Of a stretch of DNA of 64,000 nt, positions 53,900 to 64,000 are shown piece by piece; the stretch's first letter is position 1; each line of letters starts with the position of its first letter. Source of the DNA: Welwitschia mirabilis (taxonomy: Eukaryota). The DNA lies in NCBI GenBank assembly GCA_051453625.1, contig JBOZIK010000001.1, positions 7,412,687 through 7,476,686 of the forward strand. Reading direction: 5' to 3'. The notes under the pieces were generated by a model, which did not search any database, was not told the origin of the DNA, and saw only the letters and a list, made by a program, of their open reading frames with translations. The position numbers and the translations under genes were made by a program.

Positions 53900-56800
53900 C
53901 CATGCTACCACAATATTTAAAGAAATATACCTACTATGAATAAAGCTTATTTACCACTTAGTAAATATATTAAGTAAAATTATTTTAAGTTGATAAGGTA
54001 AGCCGTTGATCCAAATATTATAAGTGACATCTAATAACATAATAGAGTGTCAATTACTTATAAGAAATGGATTACCTAATTTAGGTGATAGATGAATGAT
54101 ATATTTATCCCTATGATGATCAAGTGATCCCTAGTAAATAGCTTCCTTGATGCTATTATGATAATCATGACTTAACATATCCTATATTTCTTTATAAAAA
54201 TATACTATAAAACCATCATTAGTCATATTAAAATAAGCTTCTTTTAGTTCTATAAGATTAATATCAACATCTAGTGTTTACTACATTTCAGTGGTACTCA
54301 TTAGCAAAATTTGAAGAAAGATGACCAAACTTGTAATGGTTAATAGATGTCATTTAGATTAAAGTATAAAATCTAATAAAAAAAGTCATTATTATTAAAA
54401 ATGATCTCATCATTAAATTTAAAGCAATAATTAAATGCTAAATATTTGAATAATTTAAAAATTTTAAAAAATTCTTTGGAATTATTATATTAATTCTATA
54501 ACTATCAAAGCTTTATTTTTAGAAGGACAACCTTCCACTTTGACTACTTCATTCTGGTATTAGTAAGCATAGACTAAATCTTAGAATTAAAATAATTATT
54601 TGTAACTTAATAATTTAAATATAAAATAATTTTCTTAATATACTAAAATAAAGATCTAACTTATGAAACTACTTGTTTTTTCGTAGAACAAGCATAGCTC
54701 TAAACCCTACATAAGGTGTGATTCCATCAACTAATATAGCTAGTGTGGCTAGAACATGTATGCTTTACACTCTGTAATGTATTAATAATTTACTATCTAG
54801 AAGAGTACTTATCTCATCATATAAAAACATTGGTCTCTTTGATATAAACCTCCAAATTTAATGAAAACTTATATGAGAAGATGATTTTTTGAAATAGTCA
54901 TGTCTGCAACATTTATTAGATGATCTAGTTCTTAAAATATAAGAAACCTATAATAAAACCTACAATAGTTACTATGAATATCTTGAATACCCCCTCAAAA
55001 ATGACTTTAAATAAAATGATTTTCCAACATTTGTGTCTATTAAGATACTACCTCCAAAAGATAAAATTAATTTTTGAATTGAAGTTAAGCATCTATATTA
55101 AGGGGATGAAAATGAAAAGCATATTAATTAAGATTTTCTAAAGAGAACTCAATTGTATTGAAATCTAATTCAAAAGTAAGGGATAAAAGGTGACTTATAA
55201 GGTAAGTCCATTCAAAATTGATGTCTCACTTACATTTAATATTGTGCATAAATAGAGTAAATGCCAAACATACTAGTTGGATTATATAGAATGATCTAGT
55301 AAGAGCTTTATTAAGGATCTAAATTAGAAGAAATAGTATGTGTAATATAGTAAGAAGAAACCAAAATGGCAACCCCACATTGATCATAAATATGTTATGT
55401 AGTACAAACCTTGAAGTAATATTCATTAGAGGAAAATTACATATCTATAGCTAAAATCTTGATCTCTTTAAATAACCAAAAAAATATAAAGATAGAGAAA
55501 TCTTAGAGAGGAACTCTCTAGTGCTTACATTAAAGCATATTAGCAAAGCTTCAAACATTTCAATAAATTATAGTCATCTTGTATGATATGAGGATAAGCT
55601 TTCCTTATTAAAACCAATTTAAACTTTTGCATCAACTTCCATTCCTTTGATAGTTTTAAATTGATTAGAATTATCAATTCCAATAAAGATCCATTGAATA
55701 ACTATAAATAAATAAATATTACATGAATAATTTTACTTAGCTCAAACCTTTACCATCCACTATTGATTATGTAATACTTAAGAAGTAGGCTCTACAATAA
55801 CCTTAAATTAGTTCTTGAATCAATCCTATTGAGAATGTGATAAATGTGGTAAAGAAGAAATATATGTAACTTGTAATTATGCATCTAGAATAGCTTTCTA
55901 CTATTTAGCATTAATAGTAGTCCAATGGTTATGCTTGAGGAGAATACCTTTTAAAACATGATGATCATTATAATAATAGTATATACATAAACTAGATAAA
56001 TTAAAATAATATAATTTTTAAGTAAAATTATAATTCTTTGTACTACAAGATTGATTTTTATAAAATCTTAGGCTTTCTAAACATCATTAAATGCAATACT
56101 TTGCTCATGAAGAATAGATTCAATAAGGTAGTACATGCACATTTTATTTAGCTACTCATAAAGTTCCAATATGAGTAGAACAAGCATAAGACAGGTCATG
56201 CACATTAAAATTATATTAGAATTTGTAAGCAATCAAAGTTATAGATTTCAATAAAATTGTACAAATACATGAAGCCTTATGAATCATATTTGTATTATCA
56301 AGTTTAATAGGGATAATATTATTAGTAAAATAAAATTCACAAAGTACTTTAATACTATTATCCCTTCTAATATACTTAATACACAAAGGTAGTAAACAAT
56401 TACTGGGAAAAAACAACAATTTAAAGAGAAACAAATTACAAATTGAAATTAGTAAAAACATCATGAAAGACATCATCAAGTAAAGAAAAACTATACAAAT
56501 ATGACCCATTCTATCACCTTCAATAGAAGGCACTAATTATACCTTCATATCAATATCTATAGAAAGAGAGTTATGATTTTAAGAATTATAAAAATTATCA
56601 CTTTAACATAGATTAAAATCAACTCAAGTAGTTATATATTGTTATAATTATTTAAAATTATAACTTCACATTTCAAGAATAATAAACAACCTTTAGTTTA
56701 TTAGTTACTAGAAATCCATTTTTCACAATTATGTATTATTTGTCCATAGTTAAAATTTATTTAAAATATCATTTTAACTTAAGTATTAATATGATAGAGT

Positions 56801-57950
56801 ATTAGGAATCTCATTCTTAGTAAAGTACATTAATTAACTTGAGTTAAAGATAAATAAATTTTCTATTTTTCATATTTTATCTTTATTTGAAAATCTTTTN
56901 NNNNNNNNNNNNNNNNNNNNNNNNNNNNNNNNNNNNNNNNNNNNNNNNNNNNNNNNNNNNNNNNNNNNNNNNNNNNNNNNNNNNNNNNNNNNNNNNNNNA
57001 TTTAGCATTAATAGTAGCCCACTGGTTATGCTTGAGAAGAATACATCTTAAAACATGATGATCATTATAATTACAGTATATACATAAACTAAATAAATTA
57101 TAATAATATAATTTTCAAGTAAAATTATAATTCCTTACACTACAAGATTGACTTTTATAAAATCTTATGTTTTCTAAACATCATTAAATGTAATACTTTT
57201 CTCATGAAGAATATATTCAATAAGGCAGTGCATGAACATTTTATTTAGCTACTCATAAAGTTCCAATATGAGTAGAACTAGCATATTATATTAAAAGAGC
57301 TAAAAACTAAGTAGCACATTTGGCAATTTAACATAACATAAAATTTAAGCATAAGGCAGGTCATGCACATTAAAATTATATTAGCATTTGTAAGCAAGCA
57401 AAGTTATAGATTTCAATAAAATTGTATAGATACTTGAAGCCTTATGAATCATATCTATATTAGCAAGTTTAATAGGGATAATACTATTAGTAAAATAAAA
57501 TGCATAAAGTACTTTAATACTATTATCCCCAGTAATATACTTAATACACAAAGTTAGTGAAAGATGATTGGGGAAAAAACAACAATTTAAAGAGAAACAA
57601 ATTACAAATTGAAATTAGTAGAAACCTCATGAAAGACATTATCAAGTAAAGAAAAACTATACAAATATGACCCACTCTATCAACTTCAATAGAAGGCACT
57701 AATTCTACCTTCATATCAATACCTGTAGAAAGAAAGTTATGATTTTAAGAATTATTAAAATTATCACTTTGACATAGATTAAAATTAACTCCAGTAGTTA
57801 GATATCGTTATAGTTATTTAAAATTATAACTTCACATTTCAAGAATAATAAACAACCTTTAGTTTGTTGGTTACTAGACCCCCATTTTTCACAATTATGT
57901 ATTATTTGTACATAGTTAAAATTTATTTAAAATATCATTTTAACTTAAGT
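53900..57950 (+). mobile_element. Very degenerate Ty3/gypsy pol remnant (host of the L1 insertion; gag-like part probably at ~45100-45940)
   Basis: Faint RT-start, RNase H-end (FNIVHK*SK at ~55235) and integrase-like (~57200-57710) patterns in the expected order. Confidence 0.4.
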
Positions 57951-58699
57951 ATTAATATGATAGATTATTAGGAATCTCATTCTTAGTAAAGTACATTAAT
58001 TAACTTGAGTTAAAGATAAATAAATTTTGTATTTTTTATATTTTATCTTTATTAGAAAAGCCTTTATTTTTAATAAACATTTTAATGAAGATTACATCAC
58101 TAGATTAGTTTAAATACTACTATTTCAAAATTTTAATAAATATTTTTAAATATTTTATAGATAATAATATAAATAAATAAGACAATTATTTTGGCATGTA
58201 GAGGAGAATACTTTTGAGTCAAAGGTTTCAAGATAGATAAATTAGATGTCTTTCAAGATAAAAATGGTAAGTGAAGAGACCAAAAAGAAATATTTATTAA
58301 GAATCTAAAGGAATATGATTTGAATAATTATACTCCCAAGAAAATTAGGATGAATATCAAACCTAAAGATGGGAGAAAGATGAGACTACATTCGAAGATC
58401 TTTCGACACTAATTTTATGCCAAACTTAGTACCAGAAACAAAGAAAAGACTAGTAAGATCTCTTAGGAAGAAACTAGAAGGTTATGCTGATTCTTGGAAA
58501 GTTAAAGTGTAAGATGATTACTATATTAAAAATATGATTGAGGCTTTTCTTCTTTAAGTCATGATTTCTATTACCACACCACTTGAATTCCTATTAATTT
58601 AATATCTTTAGAAACTTTAAAAAGATAATAAATATTAATATGAATTTCATGCACACATGTAAAGAGAATAAAATAAAAACCCATTATTACATGTTAGTT

Positions 58700-60669
58700 T
58701 TTTCACTCATTCTACAAGCTAATTACCTAAAGATAGATTTGGTTTATTTAAGGTATTTTATTTTTCTCTAAAATAATATGCTTTACTCTAGTGTTATAGA
58801 TTTTAAAAACATGCATTTATATTAGGGAAGTATCTTAAAATAATCTTTCTAAATGGATTTTACATAATAAGTGATATTAAATATTTAAGTCATTAGCTTG
58901 TGAATATCAAGTAAAAAAGAGATCATAGATTTGATGAATGTATGAATACATATAATATCCCATTGGAAAAATGTCCAAATCATGAAATCAATATTTAAGA
59001 ACACAATGAACTAGATCTTTACTAAGATAGTTGATAATTCTAAGAACTCGAGGTTTGCTAAGAGGATTACAAAATGCTATTGTATAAATATGGAATATGT
59101 TATGCAGAGGAAATATTAAAAATTAAAACATTAGAGAAATATGTAAAAATATTTTTAGTCTATATAAAATAAGTTAATGTTGAAAAAATAACAAACAAAA
59201 AAAGATCTAAGAAATCATATCTAAAGAAATAGAAGGGATGTGCATAGTTCAAATTACATCAGATTAATGAAAGAACTCATCAAGAAAGTAACCAGAAATT
59301 TCAAGGAAAAATTTTAAAAGTGGTTGTTATCCAATGTGGATGTGATAGTAAACATGTGAACATTGTGGGAAAGATAATCATTATGATATAGAATGCCTTT
59401 ACATGTAGGGATTTATACTATAACTGGATTTAATAGAATCAACTATAATGCTAATAATACCTAAAATGCTAAGGAAAAACATATTAATAATAAATAAAAA
59501 ATGGAAAGGTAAATAAGAACCACATTTCCATACATATGTTTATTTTAAAAGGAAATAATAATCTAATTATTAAAAAATTAAATTGACAAATATTGCAATA
59601 AACAATCTAGTGGAAAATAAAAGAAAAAATAAGGTAATATTCCTTCACAACTAGTATCAAATCCTAAAGAAGCAAGTTGTAGTGTAATAGAAATAAAATC
59701 AATAAGATCACTTGCTTCAAAATAAGAATCTTAAAATAAGAAGAAAACCATGTTAAATAAATAATTTATTAAGGGAACAAATCTAGAAAAGTATAGTATC
59801 CTTTACATTTTTAATAAGGTATTAGATGATTAAACATCCTATTAGGAAAAAGCATAAAAATCTAGAACATTTCATAAAACTCTAAAAGATATACAAGTAT
59901 ATTTTCTATTATCAAAAATATTAAAAGATGTTCTTTTATATTATAAACAAGTGAAGGATTCGTGTAGTAAAAATAAGAATAAAAGCATAAATTAGATATC
60001 AATAATAGAAAAGAAAATAGTAAGAGATGAGAACAAAGGATCAAATTTCATGAGAATTAACTCATGTGTTAGGACCAAAAATTAGAAACAAAAATATTAT
60101 AACCTAAAAGCTCATCATTTAGATATCAAAGTAATTAATTAAAAAATGAAAGCTTTAGTGGGTTTGGCTGCTAGTACAAATATTATCACTTTAAGCTTAC
60201 AAAAATTTGGAAAGTTCAAAATTAACAAAATTCTAGGAAAAAAATCTACATGGTAGATGACTTTAGTAGTTACACTGAATAAAAACTTAAATAACACTAC
60301 CATTAAACTTTAAGATTTGAGGTATCTAGTTAATTTTATGATCTAAAGAACTTAACTAAATGCACATATATCCTTCTAGGAAGATCATGAATGGTTATGA
60401 CCAATGTTGTCATTTATTATAAAAAGGGAATTATTGAAATCATCCTTTAAGACATTAAGGAATAAATTATAATATTAAGCTAGTTGAGATATAAATGTTC
60501 TAATGCAATAGGAATGATAGTGAAAATTTCATCATTAGAGGAGAATTACATGGTGTTTTGAAAAAATGGAGTAAAGAAATATTTGATGAAGATCCTTTTT
60601 AATGGTTTTTAAAAAATAACACTAATAAAGAAAAGAAAGAATAAATTAGAAAAAACCCTAAAGGGAGGG

Positions 60670-60741
<72 letters not shown>

Positions 60742-62410
60742 NNNNNNNNNNNNNNNNNNNNNNNNNNNTAAGTAGCTTTTAATAGACCACTAATTATTAA
60801 TAATAATCTAATAAATTTTTAAAATAAAAATATAAAGAAAATTTTAACCATATAATGGATGTTTTTACATGTATCCATGTAGACATTAAGTGAATTGATC
60901 CTAAAGACTATCAGCATAGAATGTATCTTCATGCTTTAATAAAATTAGTAACACCACTAGGAAGGAGGTGTAATTCTCACATGCAAGAACTTATCATTCA
61001 AGATATTAATAGAAGTTAATTTTATATTTTTTTCATTAGATTCTAAATGAATTATTCTAATTATTGTAATATCTAAGAAAGAAAACAAGTGAGGATCTTG
61101 CATAAGTTTTAGGATATTAAGTACAAGTACCTATAAATATTATTTGTCTCTACCTTTTATTAATCAAGGCTTAGAAATAATTTTTATTTATCAGTTTTAC
61201 ATCTTTGTAGATGAATATAATGGATAATCCAATTCCTGTAGCAATTGAAAACTTGCAAAAACTACATTCACATTTCAAAGGTTAGTAAATAGCATCTTCT
61301 AAGATATAATTAGCAAATTAATTAAAGATTTTATGACTAATTTATTACCATTTAAAAATAGTTTTAAATATGTACTAGATAAATCATAGAAAGTACTAAA
61401 AAATTGTTTAGGAAAATTATTGAAGTTGATTTAGTTTGAGAGTCCATTAATCATTATTGAAGGAATAGTTTATAGTAAATTCAGTTAACGAAATGAAACT
61501 AGATGGAATAAACATTACAGTGATTAAAGACATTTTACTTTCACTAAGATAACATAGCTCATTTCTTTCTTTGATTATGTGAGACATATAGAAAGTTTAT
61601 TACCAACTTTAGTAAGATAGTTACATCTTTAATTCACTTATTATAGAAATCTGTTGAGTATAAGTGGATAAATAAATGTTAATAATCTTTTAAATTTTGA
61701 AAGATAATATAATTTAAGCACCTATTATAAAGGATAAAATTGGAATAGACTAATTTTTATCAAGAAAATTGCTTCAAATTTTGGAATAATAGTTTTTATA
61801 AGGAAAAATGATGAATAAAGTAAGCCCTATGTTATAGTTTACATTAATAAAAGCCTAAATGCTAGTTTAAAAAAAATATAGTAACTAAGAAGAAAATAAT
61901 AATTATGACATCACTTTAGAAAAATTCAAACATTAAATTTTGGAATATGAAGTTAAAGTTCACACTAATCATAGTGCTATGAAACTTTTACTTAATAAGA
62001 AAAAGGATAACTCTAAAATCATAAGATGAGTTCTTCTAATGTAAGAATTTGATTTAAAGATAATAGACAAGAAAGGAATAACACATATAGTAGTTGATAA
62101 TCTATTTAGGCTAGAATTCCTAAATGAATAAGGATATTTAAGTATAAAGAAAACTTTTCTAGGTTATCATTTATGGAGTATTCAAAAAAATCTCTATTTT
62201 ATAAAGATAGATAATTTTGATAAGTAAAATCCAAAAAAGATATCATAAGGAGATATGTTGAGGAGAAGTAACAGAAAAACATTCTATAAGAAGCTCATGA
62301 AGAAGAAGGATAAGAATACTATGGAGGTAAAATGATAGTAGTGAAATTTTCTATTTTTTAAATTAGTATTATCCTTTATTCTTTAGAAATACATATCAAT
62401 ATGCTAGACC
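58700..62410 (+). mobile_element. Non-chromoviral (Athila-like) Ty3/gypsy gag-pol pseudogene
   Basis: KTCEHCGKDNHYDIEC knuckle (~59350); ALVGLAASTNII protease (~60152); RT remnants at 60890-61300; IR*VLLM*EFDLKIIDKKGITHIVVDNLFRL RNase H (62021-62113); DIIRRYVEEK integrase start (~62240). Confidence 0.8.
60671..60741 (+). repeat. (TG)n microsatellite, at least 35 units, running into a gap
   Basis: Perfect dinucleotide run directly visible. Confidence 0.98.
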
Positions 62411-62411
62411 A

Positions 62412-64000
62412 TGTGATGAATCATGTAAAGATGATATCATCTGAAGAAATTAGTTCTTTACATAGTATGAAAATGAATTAGAGTAAGGAATTTATTAAAA
62501 AATTAGANNNNNNNNNNNNNNNNNNNNNNNNNNNNNNNNNNNNNNNNNNNNNNNNNNNNNNNNAATTCTTTGAAGAGAAAATACAAGTGAACTAATATCT
62601 TACACAAGGAACCTTTGACTTATTTTTCCAATAAAGAGCTCCTCTAAGATTCCAATTATAAAATCTTTTACTTTTTCATTCTTAAACTAACTTCTAAAGT
62701 ATACTTTTCATCTCACCACTTTCTTTTATTTATGCAACTTTCTTGATCCTCTAAAATTTGCCTCTTACATTTTTACTAGCAATGGAAAATGTATTACATT
62801 ATAACTCCCTTCTAAATGCATAGTAAATTCTTACTAAGTAAAGCATTTTGTAACTATCTCCTAAATGCACTATAACTTCATTCTAAATAAAGAATATTTA
62901 TTACACTACAACTCCCTTCATGGTAATTACACCTAGTTTTTTTCATTCTAAATAATATAAACTCATTTTAATTTTATTTTATTATGATGCTCTTACATCA
63001 TTCTTTTAGTAGCATGTCTTCATGATAACTATTGGTTTTTCATAATATTTCACAATCCATCATAAGAAGTTTGATTGATGATTTCTTCTTTGGTTGTAAT
63101 TGAGTGAAGTAAGCTACCTCCAATGGACTCTCATAGATCATCATAAAATCTTTAATGGATGAATCTCCTTTGATTTCATATTCTATAAGCTTACATGAAA
63201 TTTACTCATAAGCTATCTCGTATGCCTTCTTTCATTTATATTCATCCTCTTTGCTTTTGTGATTTGTTTTCTTCTTATGTTAATGCTTATTGTATGCTTC
63301 TTTAAATGCCTATAACATTTTTTTAACACCTTGATATACTTGTCATTAATCTTGAAAAAACCTAATGCTNNNNNNNNNNNNNNNNNNNNNNNNNNNNNNN
63401 NNNNNNNNNNNNNNNNNNNNNNNNNNNNNNNNNNNNNNNNNNNNNNNNNNNNNNNNNNNNNNNNNNNNNCTTTAAATTCCTATAACGTTTTTTTAACACC
63501 TTGATACACTTGTTATTAATCTTAAAAAACCCTAATGCTCATAAAAGATCTAATACCATTGTGATGTAAAGTTCATAGGATTTAAAGAAATTAGTGATTT
63601 ACATAAGAAGAAAAAGAAGTAAAGGGAGAAAATTATAAAGAAATTATAAAAACTCTAAGAGAAATCTTTATTTCAGCATGCTAACAAATACAAGTTTATA
63701 GTGATGCTTAGTAGAATTTAAGAGAAAATACAAGTGAGCTAAAATCTTGTATAAGGAACCTTCTTTTTATGTTTCTAGAAAAGATCTGCTCTTAAGCTCT
63801 AAATACTTAAGATCTCTTAGTTCACCACTCTCAACACCAACTCTTAAAGTATACTATTCATCTTATCACTCACTTACCATAATGAGGATGAAGCCACTTG
63901 GAAAATAGAAGACTTTTTAAGACAAAGTTATCCTTTTTTATTAGGTAATTTTATTGGTCATGGACATTCTTAAATCATGTTTAAAGGATTAAGGATTCTC
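62412..64000 (-). mobile_element. Small non-autonomous LTR element (Met PBS) inserted in the integrase region; right end beyond the window
   Basis: 62570-62720 aligns with 63715-63870 (aagagaaaatacaagtga...aaagtatact). gatctaatacca at 63547-63558 is a degenerate reverse complement of TGGTATCAGAGC next to an LTR starting tgtgatg. Confidence 0.55.

Overview
Eukaryotic, very AT-rich and CpG-starved intergenic DNA from a gapped draft assembly, most likely a land plant (seed-plant-type retroelements). I see no intact host gene, rRNA, tRNA or CRISPR array. The window is a nested stack of decayed retrotransposons. (1) An RTE-like LINE is split by a gag-only Athila-like LTR element (945-9776, minus). 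(2) A second Athila-like LTR and gag follow (12.5-16.3 kb). (3) A Tat-type pol carries an extra RNase H (18.4-21.7 kb, minus). (4) A ~3 kb non-autonomous Copia-like element lies at 22032-25046 (minus). (5) L1 remnants precede a deleted Tekay chromovirus with a perfect TSD (33301-44947). (6) A full-length dead L1 with TSD (45941-53612) sits inside a gypsy remnant. (7) An Athila-like gag-pol (58.7-62.4 kb) is followed by a small LTR element at the end. Most N-gaps are flanked by two diverged copies of the same sequence, probably haplotypes or homoeologs placed in tandem by the assembler. The stand-out anomaly is a ~780 bp GC-rich island at 22690-23470 with about 47 CpGs by hand count. It lies inside the old, heavily deaminated Copia-like element and seems to have escaped the methylation-driven decay seen everywhere else. 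All motif assignments come from manual translation of degenerate sequence and recalled family consensus; no database search was run.
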